Source of the DNA: an uncultured Candidatus Saccharibacteria bacterium
Lineage (GTDB): Bacteria; Patescibacteriota; Minisyncoccia; Portnoybacterales; UBA2143
Reading direction: 5' to 3'
Assembly (NCBI GenBank): GCA_964596615.1
Contig: CAZQUN010000001.1
Location: 66,786-130,785, forward strand
Length of the DNA stretch: 64,000 nt
Under the pieces are notes generated by a model that did no database searches, was not told where the DNA came from, and was given only the letters and a program-made list of their open reading frames with translations. Shown here piece after piece: positions 30,886 to 39,745 of the stretch. The translations under genes were made by a program, and so were the position numbers. Position 1 is the stretch's first letter. Each line of letters starts with the position of its first letter.

Positions 30886-31504
30886 CTAATGAATTAATTA
30901 CAGCAAGAGAATGCTTTTTTAAATCAAGAGTATGTTCTCCTCTTTCCAGATGGATAAAATCAGCCCCGGCATTCTTGGCGTAAAGAGCATCTTCATTGCT
31001 ATTACCGATATAGAGGGTTTCTTTTGGTTTAATTTTCATCTCTTTTAAAACAAAATGAAAGCTTTTTGGATCTGGTTTTTCTTTGTGTTTGCTTTCGAAT
31101 ATAGATAGGTAGAAGTCATAAGGAGCACCATTTATTTTTTTAATCTCAAAATTCGCGATTCTGTCAGGAGCGCCTGTGATAATAGAGACCAATTTATCAT
31201 GCTTTTTTAACTTTTTAAATCCCGGTTCAACATCCTGATAGGCTTTAGTAAATCTAGCTCTTTCCCTGGCTTTATCGTTCTTTCTAAAGGCGGGCCAGAA
31301 AACAAAGGGGTCAAGACCGAATTCATCTTTAATTATTTTATCCCTTCCTGTTTCAAACCAAAATCTGTTTACAGAATTACTGTCTCCGACTTTTCCTCCT
31401 AATTCCTTTACTGTTTTCGAAACAACCCGATGCCTATACTCTGGTAGGGTATAGACTAACGTTCCATCTAAATCAAATGAAATATGCTTGTATTTTTCAA
31501 TCAT
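30866..31504 (-). CDS. HAD superfamily hydrolase/phosphatase
   Basis: ISFDLDGTLV motif I; C-terminal GNSNEDAL...AG. Confidence 0.7.
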   Translation of the reverse strand: MIEKYKHISFDLDGTLVYTLPEYRHRVVSKTVKELGGKVGDSNSVNRFWFETGRDKIIKDEFGLDPFVFWPAFRKNDKARERARFTKAYQDVEPGFKKLKKHDKLVSIITGAPDRIANFEIKKINGAPYDFYLSIFESKHKEKPDPKSFHFVLKEMKIKPKETLYIGNSNEDALYAKNAGADFIHLERGEHTLDLKKHSLAVINSLDELFNA

Positions 31505-32655
31505 ACTTTCTCAAAGACACTTATCGTCTCCCTAATCAAATTATCCCAATTAAATCTTTTTAAATCCTCTTTAGCTTTTTCAACAAACCCGTTAGCTAAA
31601 TCGGAATTATCCAAAACCTTTCCAATCGCCCCTATCCACTCTTCCTTATCCCTATACCCAACCAGAATTCCAGTTTGATTATCCTTAATTGTTTCTAGAT
31701 TCCCACCAGCCGGAGTAGTAATAATTGGAATACCAGCTTTCATAGCTTCTAAAAGCAAATGAGACATGCCTTCATAATTAGTATTTAAAAGGAAAACATC
31801 GGCTAAAGACAAGTAATCAATAACTTGCTGACGGCTGGCCTTGCCGGTAAAGACAACATTATTCTCCAATTTAAGATTTTTGGTTAATTGCTTTAAATTT
31901 TCTGACTCCGGACCCTGGCCAACAACAACCAGTTTGATTTCTCCGTGTTTCTTAATCAAATCCGGCACAATTTCAATTAGCATGTCAATTCCTTTCCAGG
32001 GAACCAATCGGGCAATAGTTAAAAGAATTTTTCCTTCCAAATCCGCTTTTTGCTTTAACTCTTCTTTCCCAGCTGAGGGATTCATTTCAAAAAAATCAAT
32101 TGAATTGTAAATGACTTTAATTTTTTCTTCCGGCAAACCAATCTTTAAGGCAACCTCTTTTAAGAAATTACTGGCAACAATAATTTTGTCCGAATTAACC
32201 AGTATTTTCTTTCTGATTTTTTTCCTTTTTTCAACCTTTGGAGAATATTTCTTTTCCTGGAAAACCATAATATCATCAGAGACAATTTTTTCAGCAGATG
32301 ACTTCTCCCAGGCTGAATCACCGACAAACCGGGTAACTAATCTCTTTCCTAAAACCTTTTTAATAATTAAACTGGTTAGTCCGGCAGTATACAAATCTTG
32401 GCTGTATAAGATATCTGTTCTCAGTCCATACCAAAGACCCCATTTGAGGTAGATAAAGCTCTTTAAAAATCCAGGCCAGAGATTAGAAACTCTTTTGACC
32501 GGATAAGGATATTTATCTTTGCTCTTACCAAAAGTCAAAACCCTGACTTTAAAACCATTCTTAATCAAATCCTTAGCTAAAGGATCCAAAAAAGCACTCG
32601 GTCCGCCAATATCAGGCGGGAAAACTCCTGATAAGATTAAAATTCTTTTGCTCAT
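31501..32655 (-). CDS. GT4 family glycosyltransferase
   Basis: GT-B; EGMSHLLLEAMKAGIPIITT. Confidence 0.7.
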   Translation of the reverse strand: MSKRILILSGVFPPDIGGPSAFLDPLAKDLIKNGFKVRVLTFGKSKDKYPYPVKRVSNLWPGFLKSFIYLKWGLWYGLRTDILYSQDLYTAGLTSLIIKKVLGKRLVTRFVGDSAWEKSSAEKIVSDDIMVFQEKKYSPKVEKRKKIRKKILVNSDKIIVASNFLKEVALKIGLPEEKIKVIYNSIDFFEMNPSAGKEELKQKADLEGKILLTIARLVPWKGIDMLIEIVPDLIKKHGEIKLVVVGQGPESENLKQLTKNLKLENNVVFTGKASRQQVIDYLSLADVFLLNTNYEGMSHLLLEAMKAGIPIITTPAGGNLETIKDNQTGILVGYRDKEEWIGAIGKVLDNSDLANGFVEKAKEDLKRFNWDNLIRETISVFEKV

Positions 32656-33806
32656 AATTGATTGAAGGCCTCTTCCATTTTCAAAGCAATATTATCCCAG
32701 TTGTATTTCTCCCTAACTAATTCTAAACCATTTTTAATTAATTTCTCTCTCAATAAGTCATCTTCTAAAACTTCCTTAACTTTCTGAGCGATACTTTCAG
32801 GGCTTTTTGGCTGACAAAACAATCCGGTCTCTCTGTCAATCAGAAAATCAGGAATTCCGCCAACTGGCGTTCCAATAATTGGCAAACCGGTTGCCATGGC
32901 TTCCAAAAAAACATTGCCCAATCCTTCGGAAACTGAAGGCCGGACAAAAACATCAGCTAGATAATAGTATTTAACAATTTCCTTATGATCCATATGGCCC
33001 AAGAATTTAATCTTATCCTCAAGATTCAACTCTTTAACCAAGTTCCTTAATTTCTTCTCTTCCGGGCCAATATCAATAATTAAAATCTTAAAAGGGAAAT
33101 CAAGGTATTGCCCGGCTTTGATTAAATCATCAACTCCATTCTTTTTAACTAATCTTGAAACAGTTAGAATTATTTTTTCTCCTGAAACAATTCCTGATTT
33201 TTCCTCCGGTCTTTTCGGTCTAAACAAATCCAAATCAACTCCATTGGGAATAATTTTAATCGGAACTCTGTCATTGTTTTTTAAAGCTCTTTTTTTCAGA
33301 TGACTACTGATGACTGTAATAGCATCGGCATTTTTAAAGGAAAGCAGATGCCAGGGTTTAATTAAAATCTGGTAAAGAAATTTAATTCCAAAAACATATC
33401 TTTCCAAATGCTCTTCTGGATCACCTTCTTGGATAGTTAAAAGCAGTTTCTTGCCTTTGCTTGAGAATTTAAAGAATACTGCTGCCACTCCGGCTTGAGA
33501 AGCCATAATTGACCAGATTATTGAGTAATCCCTTTTCTTATCCAATTGAACCACTTTTAAAACTCCTAGAATAGGGAGAAGAAATTTATCTAAAATATTC
33601 AGACCAAAGCCGGTCCGATAAATATTAACATTGTCTATTTTCTCAAATTTAGCCAGTTTTGGGCTAATTCTAGCTGTAATCAAATCAAACTGCCAATCGG
33701 GCAGCCTTTGGGTGATTTCTCTGACGGCAATTTCCGCTCCGCCGGTCAAAGGAAGATAGGCAGTCGAGAAAATGAGAATAGTTTTTTTGGCTTGATTGCT
33801 AGCCAT
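32652..33806 (-). CDS. GT4 family glycosyltransferase
   Basis: GT-B; EGLGNVFLEAMATGLPIIGT. Confidence 0.7.
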   Translation of the reverse strand: MASNQAKKTILIFSTAYLPLTGGAEIAVREITQRLPDWQFDLITARISPKLAKFEKIDNVNIYRTGFGLNILDKFLLPILGVLKVVQLDKKRDYSIIWSIMASQAGVAAVFFKFSSKGKKLLLTIQEGDPEEHLERYVFGIKFLYQILIKPWHLLSFKNADAITVISSHLKKRALKNNDRVPIKIIPNGVDLDLFRPKRPEEKSGIVSGEKIILTVSRLVKKNGVDDLIKAGQYLDFPFKILIIDIGPEEKKLRNLVKELNLEDKIKFLGHMDHKEIVKYYYLADVFVRPSVSEGLGNVFLEAMATGLPIIGTPVGGIPDFLIDRETGLFCQPKSPESIAQKVKEVLEDDLLREKLIKNGLELVREKYNWDNIALKMEEAFNQL

Positions 33807-33830
33807 ATCTATGTTTTAATATATAATAGA

Positions 33831-34958
33831 ATGGCGAAAAAATCAATCCTATACATTATTACCAAATCAGTCTGGGGCGGCGGCAACCGCTATGTTTTTG
33901 ATTTGGCTACTGCTTTAAAAAAAGAAAATCACCGGGTTTTTATCGCTGCTGGCGGAAAAGAAAGATTCTACCAGGAAATTAACAAAACCGACATCCCATA
34001 TTTCAACATTAACGGTTTTCAAAGAACCGTTAATTCTTTTAAGGATATTTTTGCTTTTTTTGAAATTCTAAGCTTGATTCTTCAATTAAAGCCGGAAGTC
34101 ATTCACACCAATAGCCCTAAGGTCGGAGGAATTGCCGGCTTGGCTGGTTGGATTTACAAATTTTTCTCACATCAAAAAACCAAATTAATCTATACTCCTC
34201 ATGGCTGGGCTTTTTCAGAAGACCGACCCCAATGGCAAATTTCATTAATTAAATTATTCAGCAAATTAACCTGTCTTTTTTACGATAAAATTATCTGTGT
34301 TTCGGAGCACGATAAGAGAAACGCCCTTAAAAACAATATCGCGCCTGAGAATAAATTAATTACAATCCATAACGGACTTCGTCCAGTATCATTTTTAGAA
34401 AAAAAACAAGCCCAGGAAAAATTAATCCAAAAAACCCCTCCTTTAGTTATTGGAACAATTGCTGAATGGACTAAAAACAAAGGACTTTTCTATCTCTTAA
34501 AAGCAATTAAAGAAATTGACAAGGAATTTGAATTAATCATGATTGGCAGCGGAGAGAACCCGGATAAAGAGAAAATGCATCAATATATTAAAAAGAATGA
34601 ATTAAAAAATGTTCATTTAATTGAATGGATTGACAATGCTTCTCAATATTTAAAGGCTTTTGACATTTTTATCCTTCCCTCAATTAAAGAGGGCCTGCCT
34701 TATACAATTCTTGAGGCCTCGGCAGCTGAAATTCCGATTATCACTACTCCAATCGGAGGTATCCCGGAAATAATTAAAAATAATGTTAATGGTCTTTTGG
34801 TTCAACCAAAAAACAGCCAACAACTGGCTGAAAAGATAAAATACTTGATTAATAATCCGGAGAAAATTAAAGAATTAACTCGAAAAGCAAAAGAAAAGGC
34901 AGAAAAAGAATTTAGTTTGGAAAAAACAATAGAAAAGACAAAAGGATTGTATGCCTAG
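33831..34958 (+). CDS. GT4 family glycosyltransferase (start at MAKKSILYII)
   Basis: GT-B; EGLPYTILEASAAEIPIITT. Diverges from the 32652..33806 gene with only 24 bp between the two start codons. Confidence 0.7.
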   Translation: MAKKSILYIITKSVWGGGNRYVFDLATALKKENHRVFIAAGGKERFYQEINKTDIPYFNINGFQRTVNSFKDIFAFFEILSLILQLKPEVIHTNSPKVGGIAGLAGWIYKFFSHQKTKLIYTPHGWAFSEDRPQWQISLIKLFSKLTCLFYDKIICVSEHDKRNALKNNIAPENKLITIHNGLRPVSFLEKKQAQEKLIQKTPPLVIGTIAEWTKNKGLFYLLKAIKEIDKEFELIMIGSGENPDKEKMHQYIKKNELKNVHLIEWIDNASQYLKAFDIFILPSIKEGLPYTILEASAAEIPIITTPIGGIPEIIKNNVNGLLVQPKNSQQLAEKIKYLINNPEKIKELTRKAKEKAEKEFSLEKTIEKTKGLYA

Positions 34959-34967
34959 GAGGAAAGT

Positions 34968-35237
34968 ATGTTCTTTAATAAGGAAAAGATTAAGTTTTTT
35001 CGCCAAAATTGGAAACTAAGCGTACATCTACTTCTCAGAACAAAGTATTTTGGCGTTAATAATCAGTGGCGGTCAAGTTTTCCGTCAATATTCGGATGGC
35101 CCTGGTGGAAGATATTTCTGAGTGTCATCACCATTTATCCGATTATCCTAAACTATCGGCGAACTAAGTGGAGAGCAAAACATGTACATTTCCTACATCC
35201 CACAATCATTGAAACATTGGGGTGGAATAAAAAATAG
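34968..35237 (+). CDS. Hypothetical 89-aa Trp-rich small protein
   Basis: Strong SD (GGAGG 6 nt upstream of the ATG), immediately after the GT4 stop, followed by a terminator. Confidence 0.4.
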   Translation: MFFNKEKIKFFRQNWKLSVHLLLRTKYFGVNNQWRSSFPSIFGWPWWKIFLSVITIYPIILNYRRTKWRAKHVHFLHPTIIETLGWNKK

Positions 35238-35276
35238 CCTTTCGTTAAAAAAACCAACAAAAGGCTGTTTTAATAC
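35238..35276. terminator. Bidirectional rho-independent terminator
   Basis: AGCCTTT-loop-AAAGGCT hairpin flanked by T/A runs, between convergent genes. Confidence 0.5.
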
Positions 35277-37544
35277 TTACTTTCCAAACTTTCCAGCTAA
35301 AACATCGTTGATAAAGGCCTCGGCCTGTTCAACATAGCTGCCGCCGAATTCTTTGACCTTTTCGGCGGTTTTAATTGCTTCCTGACGCTGACCTAAATGA
35401 GCGTAGGACAAAGCCAGATTAACCCAGTAGTCCGGATTTTGAGGAGATATCTCAAGTAATTCCTGGTAAATCCTTAAAGTCCATTGATACTGCTCAGCAT
35501 GAATTGCTGAATTAGCCATTCTTGTCAGCTTGTCTTCTGTGCGCCAATTAAGGCCAAGTTCATCCATTCTGTCTAAATAGAGTTGAACCTGATCAGATTG
35601 GTCAACAAGATAAAGAATCATAATCATATTAAGGTATGATTCTATTACTTCAGGATTTAAGGCAATTGCTTTTTCCATGTTGACTATGGCCTGTTGGCGA
35701 AGCTGTTCGGCCTTATTCGTTTCCCCTATAGTCTGATAATATCTTCCTAAATAGAATTGACTGTAGCCAGCCTCCGTATATATCTGAGGCCTGGTCGGGC
35801 TTATCTTAGCTACCCTTTCAAAAAGGACCAATGCCTTGACTAAGTGTTCTGGATTTTGACCGCGGGTATTATTCAGGAATCTCATAAACATCAGGTAGTT
35901 CCGGGCGCTTAGAGGCCTCTCCTCTATCTGTTTCTCAAGCTCCTGTTCTACTCTAATAGCGCTTTGATTAAGCCAGCTTCCGCTAATGCCTGGCTCTTTT
36001 AATGCTCCATCGACAAACTCAGCAAAATGCTGCCGATATTCCTGATTACCATGGGTTTCCCTGTCTAAAACACTAACAAACTGGGTGTTGGCTTCCTGAT
36101 ACTTTTTAAGGTAAATCATCTCCATTGCTTTAATCAGCCCCCGATTGGCTGAGGCCGGCTTAATATTAAAGGTAAACAGAACTGGCAAATAGATTATGAT
36201 GCCAATGACTAATAGGGTTAAATAGATTTTTTTCGATTGGGAAAATCTTCCAGGCCACTTGGGGCTGTAACGGGATAAATATCCCAAGACCAGGAAAAGG
36301 GGAATATATGTCACCAGAGATTCAAAAATGAAGAGGTTCTGGATAAAATAGGCGAGCATGACCAGACTGAGAATAACCGGGATCAGGTATTGTTCCCTCT
36401 TTTTCTTGCGGAAATAGACCCAAAGATAAACCAAAGGAACAATCAACAAGCTCAAATACAAAGACAAACCAATTATTCCCCCTGTAATCAAACGATCAAA
36501 AACAATATTATGAGCTCGGTCAAACCAGATAACCGAACCTGCTTTTCTGTAAATCTGAGGTTCAAAATATTTATCAAAAACCTTGTAAAAACTCTCGTAG
36601 CCGTATCCCAGGATCGGTTTCTCCTTAAATCCTCTCAAGGACGATTTCCAGGTCAAAAGCCTGTTCTCGGCTGTAGTATCAGAAAAGGAAATACTAACAA
36701 CTCTTCTTAAGGTCCCGTTTTTCTTAACCCAGGTAGCATCTTTATTGGCAAAAACTATCCCGGTAAAAATTATTCCCAAAAGCAAGATAATAATGCCGGT
36801 ATTTCTAATCATCTTGTTCTCCTTCAAATGAAAGAAAGCTAAATAGAAAATGAAAATGAATAATGAAAAACTCAAGGAAAGAATAGCGCCTCGAGTCAGG
36901 GTATTCATGGTAATAAATATCTGTAAAAGAATACCAAGGATATAGTACCAGCGAAGATATTTGTTTTTTCTGGAGAAAAATAATATTAAGCCAAAGAAAA
37001 TATTGAAGATTAGATACCCGGCAACGTAGCCCGGATTACCAATAGTCGAAGCCAGCCTTGCTCCGGCAGCTGAAGCCAGAATCCATCCCAGATTAAGATA
37101 CTGACCCAAAGCAAACAAACTAACTAAAATACTACTAATAAAACTGGCCTCAAAAAGAACGAGCCAGTTTTTAGCTTTATGCAGAAATCCAGTCAGGACG
37201 AATAAATAGAGGAAGAGATGGAGCAATAAAAGTAATCCTTCGCTCCTTTCATTGTTAGACCAAAAACTGAAATAGAAGCCGTCATTTATCAAAGAAGAAG
37301 CAAAAACAATGATGATATACAAAAAGAACAAAACTAAAACCAAATTCAGCTTTGGCCGGTATTCTTTTTTAATCACTGCCAAGCCCAAAAAAAGCAAAAA
37401 CAGGACCTCTGTCACAATCTTGAAAATCAGTGTCTTTGGAACAATGTAGGGGAAATAATAGCTGCTGTTAAGAAAAACAGGAATAAGGGTAACAGCAACC
37501 AAACCAACCCAAATAGAATATTTTAATGCTTTTTCCATATTCAT
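35277..37544 (-). CDS. O-antigen ligase/polymerase-like (Wzy_C) membrane protein fused to C-terminal TPR repeats
   Basis: About 12 TM helices in the N-terminal 470 aa; a TPR-like helical repeat region follows. Confidence 0.6.
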   Translation of the reverse strand: MNMEKALKYSIWVGLVAVTLIPVFLNSSYYFPYIVPKTLIFKIVTEVLFLLFLGLAVIKKEYRPKLNLVLVLFFLYIIIVFASSLINDGFYFSFWSNNERSEGLLLLLHLFLYLFVLTGFLHKAKNWLVLFEASFISSILVSLFALGQYLNLGWILASAAGARLASTIGNPGYVAGYLIFNIFFGLILFFSRKNKYLRWYYILGILLQIFITMNTLTRGAILSLSFSLFIFIFYLAFFHLKENKMIRNTGIIILLLGIIFTGIVFANKDATWVKKNGTLRRVVSISFSDTTAENRLLTWKSSLRGFKEKPILGYGYESFYKVFDKYFEPQIYRKAGSVIWFDRAHNIVFDRLITGGIIGLSLYLSLLIVPLVYLWVYFRKKKREQYLIPVILSLVMLAYFIQNLFIFESLVTYIPLFLVLGYLSRYSPKWPGRFSQSKKIYLTLLVIGIIIYLPVLFTFNIKPASANRGLIKAMEMIYLKKYQEANTQFVSVLDRETHGNQEYRQHFAEFVDGALKEPGISGSWLNQSAIRVEQELEKQIEERPLSARNYLMFMRFLNNTRGQNPEHLVKALVLFERVAKISPTRPQIYTEAGYSQFYLGRYYQTIGETNKAEQLRQQAIVNMEKAIALNPEVIESYLNMIMILYLVDQSDQVQLYLDRMDELGLNWRTEDKLTRMANSAIHAEQYQWTLRIYQELLEISPQNPDYWVNLALSYAHLGQRQEAIKTAEKVKEFGGSYVEQAEAFINDVLAGKFGK

Positions 37545-37545
37545 G

Positions 37546-38232
37546 TTACAAATCAGGCAATTGATCTTTTAAATCAGGATCGATTTCCAATGTTTTTTGA
37601 GTATAATCTTTGGCCTTGGCAATATCATTGCCACCGTTATTCTCCGGACCTTCGGCAAAATAGTTAGCCAAATACATGTAATAATTCTGTGCTTCGCCCG
37701 GATTAAAGACTATGGCATCATTCATTAGGTCTTCTATCTGATCGGCTTTTTCAGTCATATCATAGCGATACAATGTTGCCAGACCAACAAAATAATTGTA
37801 ATTGTAAGGATTCTTTGTCAGAACGGTCTTGTAATACTCTTCGGCTTTTTCAACGTCTCTTAAATCAAAAAGATACAAATCAGCTAAATTACCATAAGCC
37901 AGGGTCTGATCCGGATTGTATGAAATAGCGTTTTGCCAGGCATCTTCTGCGCCTTTGTAATCCCCTAGTCGCTTTTTCAAAATACCAATATTAATCCATC
38001 TGATATAGACATGTTCATCGCCTTCTCTTAATTTCTGGTACTGCTTGTTTAAATCTTCGAGAGTAAAATCCAGAGCTTCCTGGCTCATCTTATTCAAAGC
38101 CCCGGGGAAATCTTCAGCAGTATAAACTTTATCTAATCTATTTGGAAGGAAAAATTGGGTTAAATAGAAATAAAAAATCGCTCCGATAGCCAAAGCAATT
38201 AGGATAATAAAAAAATAGCGTTTTTTGTTCAT
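37546..38232 (-). CDS. Membrane-anchored TPR repeat protein
   Basis: N-terminal TM helix, then TPR-like W-x2-A-x3-Y-x8-A-x3-Y repeats. Confidence 0.6.
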   Translation of the reverse strand: MNKKRYFFIILIALAIGAIFYFYLTQFFLPNRLDKVYTAEDFPGALNKMSQEALDFTLEDLNKQYQKLREGDEHVYIRWINIGILKKRLGDYKGAEDAWQNAISYNPDQTLAYGNLADLYLFDLRDVEKAEEYYKTVLTKNPYNYNYFVGLATLYRYDMTEKADQIEDLMNDAIVFNPGEAQNYYMYLANYFAEGPENNGGNDIAKAKDYTQKTLEIDPDLKDQLPDL

Positions 38233-38257
38233 AATAATCTAATAATACACAACCAAC

Positions 38258-38292
38258 AAAGAAAAGGCAAGACCAAAAGGACCTGCCTTTTC
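38258..38292 (-). terminator. Rho-independent terminator of the 447-aa surface protein gene
   Basis: AAGGCAAGACC / GGACCTGCCTT imperfect hairpin followed by a U-run on the minus strand. Confidence 0.45.
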
Positions 38293-38324
38293 TAAAGGTA
38301 TACCAAATATTTAACCATTAATAT

Positions 38325-39668
38325 CTATCCAGTAATATCTGTGCCAGTAGTATAGGCGTTCTTGTCAGTAGCGTTAATCTCGTAGATGGAATCAGCGTCA
38401 TAACCTCCGGCAGTAAATTCAGCTGCTGTCATGTTCAACCATTGTTTAGTCCCGGAATCACCATTAGCAATCAATTTGTAAACTTCGTCTTCTCCGGTTG
38501 CCCGGACCAAATCAGAAGTTGTGTATTCGTCCATTTTGGACTGGTTGACATCCAAAACATCGTTCCAAGGACTCCCATCTCCATCTTTGTCAAAATGCTC
38601 ATAGCTCTCAAAAACATGAGGACTTAGGATAAGACGCTTAAACTTACTACTACCAACTACTTTGACGATATAGATGTCGAACTGGGCCATGCCTTCGGCA
38701 TTAGGATTACGGATTAAGTCACCATCAACAACCGTTATTTCCGTTGAAGGAGTTTCTTCTGTCAGATCTTCTTCTTCTCCCTCTTCCCTGCCCATAACAG
38801 CAAAGTAAGTAAAGTGATCAGTTGTTGCAGTCAAACTATTATTCGTCTCATCAACTGTTGTTGGCAGAGCCACCCATTGGGAAGTAGATTCTTTCCAATA
38901 AAAGACCCTCAAGATTGATTCGTCTAGTCCTTCAATTTGACTATCGGTATAGGTGAAAGTTAGTGTGACAGTCTGGTCAAAACTACTGACTGCTTCTCCA
39001 CTGGCCGTAGCGGTAAAATCATAGACATAGGTTCCAACAACGCTTCTTCCCGAAGGAGTTGGCCGAGAATTGGTAATAGTATCCTTGGCTTTGGATTCTA
39101 CTTTAACATCTGTCGAAGCATCAACTGCGTCAGCCGGTAATTCTGCTGCTGCAGTTGTGTTTTCACCAGTTGTCAAGGTTGTCTTGCCTCCGCCTGAAGC
39201 GGTCGCGGTTACCTCGCCGGTTGTTGTCTCCGGCATTGTCGTTGAGGTTGTCTCTTCGGTGGTTGTTGTTGGAGTTGCGGTGCCTCCACCGCCTCCGCCG
39301 CCAGAGCTACCTCCGCCTCCACCAGTGCTACCGCAAACAGCATCAGTCGGAGTAACTTTTAAAGTAGAACCAATACTATTACCGCTAACATTTATTCGAG
39401 AATACGAGGCAGTACAGACGACATCTGCAGTTGGAGTAGTCCCTAAAGCTTTTCTGTTATTAGACTGGACAACCAATGATGAGCCACTAGAAAGGGAAAA
39501 AGTGACACTATTAGCACCAACAACCATCTGATCAACTGTTCCGCTGACTACTAAAGTATAGCCACCGACATCAACATTCGTATCGCTGAAAACAGCATCA
39601 TCAGCTCCATTAGCCACAAGTGGTAAAAGCAGCAGCAAAGACAAAACTGGAATAACAATTTTTCTCAT
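38325..39668 (-). CDS. Secreted Gly/Thr-rich surface protein with C-terminal ~130-aa module shared with the 1207-aa protein
   Basis: Signal peptide; poly-Gly/Thr linker; C-terminal LIRNPNAEGMAQFDIYIVKVVGSSKFKRL... is homologous to the N-terminus of the 40908..44531 product. Confidence 0.6.
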   Translation of the reverse strand: MRKIVIPVLSLLLLLPLVANGADDAVFSDTNVDVGGYTLVVSGTVDQMVVGANSVTFSLSSGSSLVVQSNNRKALGTTPTADVVCTASYSRINVSGNSIGSTLKVTPTDAVCGSTGGGGGSSGGGGGGGTATPTTTTEETTSTTMPETTTGEVTATASGGGKTTLTTGENTTAAAELPADAVDASTDVKVESKAKDTITNSRPTPSGRSVVGTYVYDFTATASGEAVSSFDQTVTLTFTYTDSQIEGLDESILRVFYWKESTSQWVALPTTVDETNNSLTATTDHFTYFAVMGREEGEEEDLTEETPSTEITVVDGDLIRNPNAEGMAQFDIYIVKVVGSSKFKRLILSPHVFESYEHFDKDGDGSPWNDVLDVNQSKMDEYTTSDLVRATGEDEVYKLIANGDSGTKQWLNMTAAEFTAGGYDADSIYEINATDKNAYTTGTDITG

Positions 39669-39698
39669 ATCAAGCTTCTATTACGAAAGCAAGGCAAC

Positions 39699-39714
39699 GA
39701 AACAAAATTGTTTC
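39699..39714. promoter_or_regulatory. Perfect 16-bp palindrome GAAACAAAATTGTTTC upstream of the 447-aa surface protein gene
   Basis: Seen directly; lies in the 77-bp gap between two surface-protein genes. Confidence 0.35.
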
Positions 39715-39745
39715 TGTCTCCATTGTCCCCGTAATATCCTTATTT

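Noticed and set aside
39070-39531. 153-aa plus-strand ORF (poly-Pro/Val), and other plus ORFs at 41044-43737 and 39969-40526
   Set aside because: Antisense translations of the Gly/Thr-rich and repeat regions of the surface-protein genes; no start signals.
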